52,364 nt of DNA from Candidatus Monoglobus merdigallinarum (lineage in GTDB: Bacteria > Bacillota > Clostridia > Monoglobales > Monoglobaceae), in the NCBI GenBank assembly GCA_019112945.1, contig DXIJ01000055.1, forward strand, positions 1 to 52,364. Direction: 5' to 3'. A program made the translations under genes and the position numbers. This document shows positions 9,241 to 18,607 of this stretch, one piece after another; position 1 is the first letter of the stretch, and each line of letters starts with the position of its first letter. Under the pieces are notes generated by a model. The model did no database searches and was not told the DNA's origin. It saw nothing but the letters and a program-made list of their open reading frames with translations.

Positions 9241-10401
9241 CTACAGAATGAGTACCGCCAAGTCGCAGCCCATCAGGTACGCGACCATCTGAACGCTGAT
9301 ATAGAGCGTGTCGCCATACATGCATATCGAGCCGGGATGCACCCTGCCGCCGCTTGATGAGAGCAGTTCGGTCTCTTCACCGTTTACGGTTATCGTATCC
9401 ATGTCTATAAAGGTTGTGACCGGAGACAGCTGAGCATCCTGAGACGGAGCGGGTTTCTCGTATGTAAACGGGGTATAGCTCTCTGACAGTTCTATGGGCG
9501 TCGCCGGGTCGTAGGTAAACTCAAACACGTTGTCTGTAAGTTTCCATTCGCCGCCGAATATACTTGCAAAGTCGTCGAAACTTATCATCATAGTCGTATC
9601 CTGGTTGGTTATCGCCTTGACCGGAGTATCTATATACGAATTACTGAAGTTTGACTGATCTCTTACTATAGTTACTATCGCCTCAGTCTCGACCGCAAAG
9701 TTGATGTGTTCTACGCAGTTATCCGAGGTCTGGGTCACCGTTCCGAGCGGCGTATCAAAGCTGTATTCCTGCGTAACGTCCGGATTTGCCGCGTCCATAG
9801 CTTCGGCTGCGTCGTATATCCGAACAAGTACCGCGAGCGCCTGCTCCTCGGTGTAGGTATCCTTGGGCGCAAATCTGTTATCTCCTACGCCCTCCATAAA
9901 GCCCATGTTACAGATCGTCTGGACGGAATTCAGCGCCCAGTCGGATATATCCGATAAGTCTGCGAAGTCGAACCACATCTCGGTCGCGGCCATCGGCTTG
10001 ACCTTATTGATCATGCGCAGTAAGATAGTTGCGGCTTCCTCGCGAGTGAGACTGTCGTTCGGCGCGAACTCGGTCTCGGACTTGCCGTTTATGATTCCCA
10101 TACCGCAGAGAAACGTCACCTTCATATTATCAACGTCGGTAAATTTACACAGGTCGGGATCGGAACTGAGCTCTCCGTCGGCTATATGCGACATGAGATT
10201 AAAGACCGCCGCGCAGAAATCTTCGCGGTTTATCGGCTGAGTTAAGTCTCTTCCTGTCAGTTCTTTGTCCGGAAGCCTGAGATCCCAGGCTCTCTCTACG
10301 CTCTCGGCCGCCCAGTCGGAGACCGTGTAGTCCGCTGCATAGGCTGTAAACATTGAAGCCAGCATGCAGATTGCAGCAATAATTGATGTTAGTTTTTTCA
10401 T
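9241..10401 (-). CDS. S-layer homology (SLH) domain protein
   Basis: Signal peptide MKKLTSII; SLH signatures INREDF, GIINGKSETEFAPNDSLTREEAA, FMEGVGDNRFAP. Confidence 0.85.
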   Translation of the reverse strand: MKKLTSIIAAICMLASMFTAYAADYTVSDWAAESVERAWDLRLPDKELTGRDLTQPINREDFCAAVFNLMSHIADGELSSDPDLCKFTDVDNMKVTFLCGMGIINGKSETEFAPNDSLTREEAATILLRMINKVKPMAATEMWFDFADLSDISDWALNSVQTICNMGFMEGVGDNRFAPKDTYTEEQALAVLVRIYDAAEAMDAANPDVTQEYSFDTPLGTVTQTSDNCVEHINFAVETEAIVTIVRDQSNFSNSYIDTPVKAITNQDTTMMISFDDFASIFGGEWKLTDNVFEFTYDPATPIELSESYTPFTYEKPAPSQDAQLSPVTTFIDMDTITVNGEETELLSSSGGRVHPGSICMYGDTLYISVQMVAYLMGCDLAVLIL

Positions 10402-10577
10402 ATGAATTCCTCCATTCACTTAACTAATACGGCCATGCGGCTTCGCTATGCCGTGTTTAGAGTATTATATCATAATTTGAGCTGTATTTCAATACTGTTG
10501 TGCTTTAAACGTAAAATAATTTTTTCGCAAAAGACATAGTAAAAGCGGCTCCCGCAGTGAGAGCCGCTAAGCGATTA

Positions 10578-11999
10578 CTATTTTCCAAGATACGTAAAGT
10601 GCATATAGTCAACCGTTCCGCTGACCCATGCGTTTCCGCCCCAGAGCCAGCCGTACTTGGCAAATGTCTGGACTACCACGCCCGTCGGCGCGAACGAATA
10701 TACCGACGTTGCCGGGTCATAGAATGAACCGATCTGCTGACCGCTCTTATAAACACAATAGTTTTCGTTATAGTTAAGGTCTATAACAGTACCGTAGTTG
10801 TGGTCGGAGAACCCGCCGCCTGACAGGGCGCTTCTCCATGCATAGCCGGTAGCATCCTTGATAGGAGGCTTGAGCGGTGAGTTATATATCTCACTGAATA
10901 TCGCCTGGACGTCCTCCGCCAAGACCTCATTTATTCTGAATGATCTCCAGCCGGTTACAAGCTCGTCACCTTCGCCGAACTCCCATACCGGCACGGTCAC
11001 CTCGACCATATGCGCATCTGCTTCTTCCTGAGTTGTGTACTTCTGACCGACACCGCCGAAAATCCTAATCTCCTTATCGGTCGCCTCACCTGTGGCAAGC
11101 GTTTCGGAATAAGTTTTCAGCTGATACAGTCCGTCAGCGTCAGGCACCTGCAGCGGTGTTCCGCTGGGCGCATAGCCTCCGCTTCCGTCCGGAACCGGTT
11201 CCGGCTCCGTCTCGACAACAGTACCGCCGCCCACGATCTCTCCGCCCGGTGTTACAAGCTGCTTGTCCGGTGCATTTCTCAGCGCTATAACCGTTCCGTT
11301 GCCCTGCATTACCGTTTTTTCAAGAGTATAAACCCTGCGGCCGTTTGAATCGGTACCCTCTTTAAGCGCAGACTGGATCAGTCCGTCAACATCTCTGCCG
11401 TATTTCACAAAGCAGCGGTACGCGATTATCGCCGCCTCCTCGCGCGAGACATAGTCGAGCGGCTTGAACAAGCCCTCATATCCCGCCATCAGGTCATTAT
11501 CGAGCATGAACGCAACATAGTCCCTTGCCCATGCATCGATCTGCCATGCATCCTGAATATCATCAAAAACACCCTCTGACGGGAAGTACGGGCCGAGAAC
11601 ACCGGCAGCGGACAGCATGCTGGTTATGACCTTACACATCTCCTGCCTCGTTATGTAGTTTGACGGGAAGAAGTGACCCTCTCCGTCACCGCTGATTATG
11701 CCGGCATAATATGCCATATTCGGGAAAACATCATTAGTATCGACAAACGGGCTGTTTGCATTTGACGTGACATTCTCAGCCGTTATGGTTGCGTAAATAT
11801 TCACCGCGACATTAATAAAGTCAACTCTTGTAATCGGGTCTGTATACGGCTTGTCTCCATATTCGGTAGAGATAAGACTGTTATCCATCGCACCCTCTAC
11901 AGTTTCCGCAGCCCACCAGTTCGGGTCATACGCGAGGCCGCTGATACACGACACCGACATACAGAAAGTAAGCAGCACTGCGGTTATTATTTTTCTCAC
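10578..11999 (-). CDS. SLH-anchored M15-family peptidoglycan peptidase (D,D-carboxypeptidase / L,D-endopeptidase-like)
   Basis: Three N-terminal SLH repeats; C-terminal SDHNYGTVIDLN...WGGNAW...DYMHF zinc motifs. Confidence 0.85.
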   Translation of the reverse strand: MRKIITAVLLTFCMSVSCISGLAYDPNWWAAETVEGAMDNSLISTEYGDKPYTDPITRVDFINVAVNIYATITAENVTSNANSPFVDTNDVFPNMAYYAGIISGDGEGHFFPSNYITRQEMCKVITSMLSAAGVLGPYFPSEGVFDDIQDAWQIDAWARDYVAFMLDNDLMAGYEGLFKPLDYVSREEAAIIAYRCFVKYGRDVDGLIQSALKEGTDSNGRRVYTLEKTVMQGNGTVIALRNAPDKQLVTPGGEIVGGGTVVETEPEPVPDGSGGYAPSGTPLQVPDADGLYQLKTYSETLATGEATDKEIRIFGGVGQKYTTQEEADAHMVEVTVPVWEFGEGDELVTGWRSFRINEVLAEDVQAIFSEIYNSPLKPPIKDATGYAWRSALSGGGFSDHNYGTVIDLNYNENYCVYKSGQQIGSFYDPATSVYSFAPTGVVVQTFAKYGWLWGGNAWVSGTVDYMHFTYLGK

Positions 12000-12135
12000 A
12001 AAAATTCACCTCGTTTAAATTTTATCAGACCGCACATATTTACATCTGATAATATTATTATAGCACATTATTAACCTTTTCTCAATATTTGCCCGGTATT
12101 ATTAATAGAATGTTTACATAAACCGCGCTTTTTTC

Positions 12136-13089
12136 TTAATCCTGCTTTTTGTACTCCTCTATAATAAATCTGGGTCTTGCTTTTGTCTCCTTGTATATTT
12201 TGCCAATATATTCGCCTATCACTCCGACAGATATCAGCTGCACACCGCCGATAAACCAAATCGAGCACATGATTGAAGCCCAGCCGTCGGATGTATACCC
12301 GAAAAACTTGCTTATCAGCGTATATACAGCTGCGATTATCGCGGCTATGCACACAAATACGCCCATCGACCATACAAGCTTGATAGGTTTGACGCTGAAA
12401 GACGTTATGCCGTCAAACGCAAAGGACAGCATTTTCTTAAGCGGATATTTGCTCTCGCCCGCAAACCGCTCTGCTCTCTGATAATAAACACAGTCGCTTT
12501 TAAATCCGATCTGCGGAACGATACCGCGCAGGAACAGATTTACTTCCTTGAACTCTGACAGAGAATCAAGCGCACGGCGGCTCATTAGCCTGTAATCCGC
12601 ATGGTTGAATACTATCTCAACGCCCATAATTTTCATAAACTTGTAAAAGCCTTCCGCAGTGAATCTCTTAAAAAACGTGTCGGTCTTTCTCTCGCTTCTC
12701 ACCCCGTACACAACGTCGCAGCCATCGTCATACTTTCTTACCATCTCCGCAATGGCATTAATGTCATCCTGCAAGTCTGCGTCAATCGATACCGCGCAGT
12801 CACACTCGTCCTTTACTGTCATAAGCCCGGCAAGCACCGCATTCTGATGCCCTGCGTTATGCGCAAGCTTAATGCCTCTGAAAACGCTGCTGCTCTCGCT
12901 CAGACGGCTGATGATCTCCCACGTGGAATCGCGGCTGCCATCATCCACCATGACTATCCTGCTCTCCGCACCGATAAGTCCGTCTGATATCATGCTTTTA
13001 AACAGCTCAAGCATTCGCCCTGAGGTCTCGCTAAGCACCTCCTCTTCGTTGTAGCACGGGATCACAACATACAATTTTGTATCTTTCAT
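12136..13089 (-). CDS. GT2 polyprenol-phosphate glycosyltransferase (GtrB/CsbB-like)
   Basis: VIPCYNEE, DDGS, DADLQD, two C-terminal TM helices, GEYIGKIY..KARP. Confidence 0.9.
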   Translation of the reverse strand: MKDTKLYVVIPCYNEEEVLSETSGRMLELFKSMISDGLIGAESRIVMVDDGSRDSTWEIISRLSESSSVFRGIKLAHNAGHQNAVLAGLMTVKDECDCAVSIDADLQDDINAIAEMVRKYDDGCDVVYGVRSERKTDTFFKRFTAEGFYKFMKIMGVEIVFNHADYRLMSRRALDSLSEFKEVNLFLRGIVPQIGFKSDCVYYQRAERFAGESKYPLKKMLSFAFDGITSFSVKPIKLVWSMGVFVCIAAIIAAVYTLISKFFGYTSDGWASIMCSIWFIGGVQLISVGVIGEYIGKIYKETKARPRFIIEEYKKQD

Positions 13090-13193
13090 AATTAAACCTC
13101 CATTCTGCGGCAAGAATATTCAATGTGCAACACAAATACTGCTCTCAAAACAAAAGGGGCAGGCGCCGCCTACCCCAAAAAACTCAAATCATT

Positions 13194-13790
13194 TTATTCT
13201 GCGGCACTCTCACCGGCAGCTGTATCCGCAGTATCGGCGGCCGCATCGGCAGCACTGTCAGCTGCTGCGTCAGCAGCAGTATCACCGGCAGCTGCGCCGT
13301 CAGCTGCTGCATCAGCTGCGGTATCGGCAGCTCCGTCTGCTGTTGTTGTGTCAGCAGCTGCGCCGTCGGTTGTTGTGTCAGCGGCGGCATCTGTACCATC
13401 AGCTGTATCGCCTGCTGCAGCCTCTGCTTCAGCAGCGGCATAATCCTCAGCCGACATTACAATATTGCCTTCCTCGTCAACCAAATTTCCGTTCTCGTCC
13501 ATTGTTACATTGATGCCCTGCTCGGCGCTTGTATCTGTATTCTGGGCCGAATACTGGTTGACCGAAACAATCGTCAATACAACAGAAGATACAATAAACA
13601 ATATAGCAAATACTGCCGTGAATTTCTTCAAAATCGCATCAATCGTTCTTCCTTTATTCTTTCCAAAAAAGGTCTCCGCTCCGCCGGCAATAGCGCCGGA
13701 CAGACCCTGCTGTTTACCATGCTGCATAAGCACGATAACTGTCAATACCAAAGCAATAATTACATGAATAATAACTAAAGCTGTTTGCAT
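13194..13790 (-). CDS. secG: Preprotein translocase subunit SecG with a long acidic Ala/Asp/Thr tail
   Basis: Two TM helices around QHGKQQGLSGAIAGGAETFFGKNKGR. Confidence 0.92.
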   Translation of the reverse strand: MQTALVIIHVIIALVLTVIVLMQHGKQQGLSGAIAGGAETFFGKNKGRTIDAILKKFTAVFAILFIVSSVVLTIVSVNQYSAQNTDTSAEQGINVTMDENGNLVDEEGNIVMSAEDYAAAEAEAAAGDTADGTDAAADTTTDGAAADTTTADGAADTAADAAADGAAAGDTAADAAADSAADAAADTADTAAGESAAE

Positions 13791-14040
13791 TTTTCGCTCC
13801 TCCTCATAACCCGAACATATATAAAATAAAAAATTTTCTTAATCAGAAAACGCAACTATTGAATTATACCACAGACATACATAAATTGCAAGTAATTTTT
13901 TTAAAATATAAATATTTTTGAATATTTTCTGTAATTTTTGCCATTCAAGATTATTGTCTTTAGGCAAAACACTCAATCCTTAAGTCATATAAAAACAACC
14001 GAAAGCCATAAAACCGGCTTTCGGCTGCAAGTTTAAAGGC

Positions 14041-16641
14041 TTAGGCCTTGTTTCTTGTAAAATACGCGATATTCTTATATATCTGTATGATGACCGTCGG
14101 AGCTGCGGCAAGAAGAACCAGATACCCAAGCAGAGCAGGTGACAGCGTTGTCACTGTGAACAGGTCATGTATAGGCGTTATAAGCAGCGCTGCCGCCAGG
14201 AACAAGACGCCCGCAAAGAACGCCGCGATACTGAACGGGTTGGTGCTGAACTTCAGGATATTTATCGGGTTCCTGCCGCGGCAGTTGAAGCAGTGGAACA
14301 GTCTGCCCAGGCACAGCGTTCCGAACGCCATTGTGCTTGCGGCTACGTCGCCGCCGAAGTCATGGCCTATATAATACGCAATGATAGTGAATATTGATAT
14401 AAGCACACCGATTACTCCGGTGGTTGACATCATCTGCTTATCTAAGATACTGTCGTTAATACCTCTTGGCTTCTCATTGAGCAGGTTTTTATCCGCAGGC
14501 TCCATACTTATGGCGATAGCCGGCAGCGAATCCGTCAGCAGGTTTATAAACAGCAGCTGAACCGCCGAAAACGGAGCCGCAAGACCCATTATAACATTGT
14601 AAAGCACCGCGATTATCGCCGCAAGGTTACCTGTAAGCAGGAACATTATACTGTTCTTTATATTCGCATAAATACTTCTGCCCCTTGCGACCGACTTGAT
14701 TATCGTTGCAAAGTTGTCGTCGGTGAGGATCATGGACGCGGCGTCCTTGCTGACTTCGGTTCCGGTTATGCCCATTGCAACGCCGACGTCCGCCTTTTTA
14801 AGCGCCGGGGCGTCGTTTACGCCGTCGCCGGTCATTGCCACAATGTGCCCAAGCTCCTGCCAGAGCGTTACTATCCTTATCTTATGCGCCGGGCTGACCC
14901 TTGCATACACGCTGACTTTGGGCAGCATTTTGGACAGCTCTTCATCGCTCAGCATCTCAAGCTCCGCACCGTCGAGAGCCAAATCGCCGTCATTAAATAT
15001 TCCCACTTCGCGGGCGATTGCTATTGCGGTCATCTTGTGGTCACCCGTTATCATCACGGGCTTTATTCCCGCACGCTTACAGTCCTCAACGGCAGGCTTG
15101 CTCTCCGGACGCGGCGGGTCGGTCATCGCGCACAGACCCATAAAGATATATCCGGTCTCGTCGTCAACATCAATGCCTGCGGGGTCAGAGACTGTCTTTT
15201 TGCCGAAGCACAGTACCCTCATTCCCTTTTCGGAGAACTCAACATTCATCTCTATTATCTTTTTGATATCATCCTCGCCGATATCCCTCAAAACGCCGCC
15301 GTCCTCTATCTTTGTCAGACGCTTCAGCATGACGTCCACCGCGCCCTTTGTCAGCATAACGTTTTCGCCGTCTACGCTGTGTACGGTGCTCATCAGCTTG
15401 CGGTCGCTGTCAAACGGGATCTCGCCGAGCCTCGGGTACTGCTCCCTGACAGTTTCGGTCTTATCCTTGCCGAAATATTCGATAAGCGCAGTTTCTGTCG
15501 GGTCGCCCAAGGTAGAATTACCCTCTGTGAATGCCGCATCGTTACACAAAATCATGGGCAGAAGCAGCGAGTTGCTGTCGTTTACCGAAGCATAAGAGTG
15601 CTTGCCGTCTGCATAAAACTCCCTGACCGTCATCTTGTTCTGCGTCAGGGTACCCGTCTTGTCCGAGCATATAACGCTTACGCACCCAAGGCCCTCAACC
15701 GCCTTGAGGTCGCGTATGACCGCGTTATGCTTTGCCATTTTCTGGGTTCCTATCGCAAGCGATATCGTAACTATAGAACTGAGTGCCTCGGGTATCGCAG
15801 CGACTGCCAGAGCGACCGCAAACATCATTGCGTCAAGTATGTTCTGGCCTCTGAGAAGCGACAATCCCAGTACTATCACACATATTACCATGATAGCGAT
15901 AGACAGCTTTTTGGAAAAGCTGTCAAGGCTTCTCTGCAGCGGAGTCTTTTTAGCCTCGGCATTGCTTATCATCTCTGCAATATTACCTATCTCCGTGTTC
16001 ATTCCCGTACCGGTGACGACTATAACTCCGCGGCCTCCGGTTATCAGCGAACCGGAATATATCATATTAAGCCTGTCGCCGAGCACGACTTCTTTACCGT
16101 TTGCTTTAATCGGATCTACCGTTTTAAGAACACTGTCGCTCTCACCGGTCAGCGAGCTCTCGTTGGCAAGCAGTCCCGCCGCCTCGATAACGCGACCGTC
16201 GGCCGAAGCCACCGACCCCGCCTCAAGCACCAGGATATCGCCGACAACGACCTCACGCGCCGGTATATCACAGACGCTGCCGTCACGGATAACGCGTGCG
16301 TGCGGCGCAGACATCGCCTTTAGCGCAGAGAGCGATTTTTCGGCCTTGAAGTGCTCTACAGTACCTATAACACTGTTCATGGTTATGACCAGGAGTATAA
16401 CTATCGTGCTCTCGATATTCCCCGTAAGCAGCGAAAGTATCGAACAGACGATAAGTATCGCAACAAGCACATCTGCAAACTGAGACAGAAATACCTGAAG
16501 CACGGTTTTCTTCTTGCCCTCGCTTATCTCGTTGGGGCCGTCTGACGCAAGCCGTCTTTCCGCTTCTTGCTTGCTCAGTCCGCTCTCGGATGACTTGACC
16601 GATTTCAGGACCTCCTCGTATGGAGCTTCAAAATAATTCAT
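14041..16641 (-). CDS. P-type IIA cation (Ca2+/Mn2+) transporting ATPase, YoaB-like
   Basis: TGES, IPEAL, DKTGTLT, DPPR, TGDGVND motifs. Confidence 0.93.
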   Translation of the reverse strand: MNYFEAPYEEVLKSVKSSESGLSKQEAERRLASDGPNEISEGKKKTVLQVFLSQFADVLVAILIVCSILSLLTGNIESTIVILLVITMNSVIGTVEHFKAEKSLSALKAMSAPHARVIRDGSVCDIPAREVVVGDILVLEAGSVASADGRVIEAAGLLANESSLTGESDSVLKTVDPIKANGKEVVLGDRLNMIYSGSLITGGRGVIVVTGTGMNTEIGNIAEMISNAEAKKTPLQRSLDSFSKKLSIAIMVICVIVLGLSLLRGQNILDAMMFAVALAVAAIPEALSSIVTISLAIGTQKMAKHNAVIRDLKAVEGLGCVSVICSDKTGTLTQNKMTVREFYADGKHSYASVNDSNSLLLPMILCNDAAFTEGNSTLGDPTETALIEYFGKDKTETVREQYPRLGEIPFDSDRKLMSTVHSVDGENVMLTKGAVDVMLKRLTKIEDGGVLRDIGEDDIKKIIEMNVEFSEKGMRVLCFGKKTVSDPAGIDVDDETGYIFMGLCAMTDPPRPESKPAVEDCKRAGIKPVMITGDHKMTAIAIAREVGIFNDGDLALDGAELEMLSDEELSKMLPKVSVYARVSPAHKIRIVTLWQELGHIVAMTGDGVNDAPALKKADVGVAMGITGTEVSKDAASMILTDDNFATIIKSVARGRSIYANIKNSIMFLLTGNLAAIIAVLYNVIMGLAAPFSAVQLLFINLLTDSLPAIAISMEPADKNLLNEKPRGINDSILDKQMMSTTGVIGVLISIFTIIAYYIGHDFGGDVAASTMAFGTLCLGRLFHCFNCRGRNPINILKFSTNPFSIAAFFAGVLFLAAALLITPIHDLFTVTTLSPALLGYLVLLAAAPTVIIQIYKNIAYFTRNKA

Positions 16642-16699
16642 AAGCTTTCCTCCGTATATTTAAATTTAAATCTTTTACATATATCCTTTACAAATATAA

Positions 16700-16843
16700 A
16701 GAAAAAAGACCTTTACTGCACAATTCCCATGCAATAAAAGTCTCACTCTGGCTGATCAAAACCATGCACGGAGCGGGTTTTCAAAAACCGTACTGACGCA
16801 GCCGTGCTTCCCGACAAATCAGGAATGTTACTCCCCTTTATTA
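16700..16843 (-). ncRNA. yybP-ykoY (Mn2+-sensing) riboswitch with terminator expression platform
   Basis: Minus strand AAAGGGGAGUA...CGUCAGUAC...GAGACUUUU core, then AGACUUUUAUUGCA / UGCAGUAAAGGUCU-UUUUU terminator, upstream of a P-type ATPase (the known context for this class). Confidence 0.85.
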
Positions 16844-16850
16844 TGCTCTT

Positions 16851-16879
16851 ATTTTATATCATAACCTAAATTTTGTCAA
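16851..16879 (-). promoter_or_regulatory. Sigma-A promoter of the riboswitch-ATPase transcript
   Basis: TTGACA-17-TAAAAT. Confidence 0.8.
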
Positions 16880-16896
16880 TAGCTTTTTTGAAATTT

Positions 16897-18591
16897 TTAA
16901 TATTCGTTTTCAGCGGGCTCAGTCTGTGCTGCACCGAGCGCGCCAAAGCCTGCGTTTTTGATACAGCTCTGCCCTGCGGCCGACGTCAGGTACTCCGCCA
17001 TTTTGGACGCGGGCGAATTTTCATCTTCGTCCGCACGGATAACCGCGTAATAGTATGTCGCAAGGCTGTAGCTGCCGTCTGCTATCGTCTCATCGCTCGG
17101 CTCAACCCCGTCGACAGCAAGCAGCTTTAAATCAAGAGGCCCCAGTGTCATCTGCGCGGTGTTAAAATAATAATACATACTGTAGCCCAAGGCATAGCTG
17201 CCGGGATTCTCTGCGGCACAATCCGCAACGTCGGTAAGTATGCTCGCCATTGCGTAGGATATGTTCTCACGGCGTATATCAGGGTTTATCTCGCCGCCGC
17301 CCAAAAAGAACTTCTCCATTTGAGCATGGCTTCCGCTGTCATTGTTGCGGCAGTACGGAACGAACGCCGCGTCCTCCCCGCCAAGCTCACTCCAGTTTCT
17401 GTACGCATTATCGATGTAAATATTTCTTATCTGCTCGCTCGAAAGCCCCGATATGCTGTTTTCGCCGTTGGTGAAGAACACCAGCGATTCGTTGGCTATC
17501 GGTATGAACCGAAGCTCCGTGCCCGACTGCTCCGCAAGAGATATCACGTCCTCGCTCGGGTCGGGAACGATTATTATATCCGCCTCGCCGCCAATCAGTT
17601 TTTTGTAGGATTCTATCGTCTTGCTGTGAGCTTCCGGCAGGCTCGGGTGGTTAAACGCGTTTTCAAACAGCGAGATGTACACCGCCTGAGTTATCGGGTA
17701 CGACGACGTCGAACCGTCTATTACCGGCATTTCGCTGTCAAAGCCGTATTCCAACGCCTCGTTACGCGCGATAGCCGGCAGGTTAAGGCTCATGAACCTG
17801 TCTGCATAAAGATAAAATATCTCGGCGGTCTCAAATCTGCTGAGCTCCTCAAGCGGAGCATACAGAGGATCTCCGTTTTCGGAATAGGTCTGCGTGCTGT
17901 AGCCGTTGTGCGCCAGCTGCTCATACGCCTCCTTTGCATAGTCCGAAATGTCCGCTGCGTCTGTTCCTGTCAGGGAAAACTCCGCACTCGGGGCTTCAAA
18001 GCCCGGAAGCTCCTTTAATATCCGATAGAACATCGTATTGAGTTCCTCTCTTGTAACCGTGCGGCTTGGGTAAAAATATTCGTCATCACTCACCGCTCCG
18101 CACTCCCTCAGCGCACTAACCGCTTCGCAGAACCAATCGGAAGCGCTTACATCTGAAAATACGGGCTCCTCCGTCTCGGCCTCAAGCCCAAACAAGCGCG
18201 CAAGCATGGCGCACGCCTCGGCACGGCTGACAAACATATCTCCGCCGAACGTGCCGTCGGGATTTCCGTTTACCACGCCTCTTGATGACAGGTAGTTTAC
18301 ATAGTAATTGCTGTACTCTCCTGCTGTATCGCCAAACTCAATCGGCTGCGCCTTTTTGGGCTCTATATTTTGGCCGTCCCCGGCGAAGCAATATAAATAT
18401 CCCCCGTGCGAGCAGCTGAGCGGTAAGACCGCTCCGCTTGCCGTATCGGCAGCTACATAGCTGTCGTATGCTTCGCCATAGTCGGATACCGCAATATACC
18501 TCATCTGTCCGAAGTCGGGCTGTGCCGCATACGCGGCCGCAGGCAGCATTACGCAAACAGCGGTGCAGCACGCCAAAAGTCTTTTTAACAT
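16897..18591 (-). CDS. SLH-domain protein fused to a PstS-like (PBP2) substrate-binding domain
   Basis: SLH repeats (VSRAEA, VTREE); C-terminal IDGSTS, RNNDSGS, ALGYS, VDGVEPSDETIADGSY. Confidence 0.8.
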   Translation of the reverse strand: MLKRLLACCTAVCVMLPAAAYAAQPDFGQMRYIAVSDYGEAYDSYVAADTASGAVLPLSCSHGGYLYCFAGDGQNIEPKKAQPIEFGDTAGEYSNYYVNYLSSRGVVNGNPDGTFGGDMFVSRAEACAMLARLFGLEAETEEPVFSDVSASDWFCEAVSALRECGAVSDDEYFYPSRTVTREELNTMFYRILKELPGFEAPSAEFSLTGTDAADISDYAKEAYEQLAHNGYSTQTYSENGDPLYAPLEELSRFETAEIFYLYADRFMSLNLPAIARNEALEYGFDSEMPVIDGSTSSYPITQAVYISLFENAFNHPSLPEAHSKTIESYKKLIGGEADIIIVPDPSEDVISLAEQSGTELRFIPIANESLVFFTNGENSISGLSSEQIRNIYIDNAYRNWSELGGEDAAFVPYCRNNDSGSHAQMEKFFLGGGEINPDIRRENISYAMASILTDVADCAAENPGSYALGYSMYYYFNTAQMTLGPLDLKLLAVDGVEPSDETIADGSYSLATYYYAVIRADEDENSPASKMAEYLTSAAGQSCIKNAGFGALGAAQTEPAENEY

Positions 18592-18607
18592 AACAATCCC
18601 TCCTAAT

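Noticed and set aside
14696-16483. Long antisense ORFs over the P-type ATPase (likewise over gyrA, ilvD, fhs/mnmG and GH3)
   Set aside because: Expected stop-poor shadows of GC3-rich genes; no motifs or RBS
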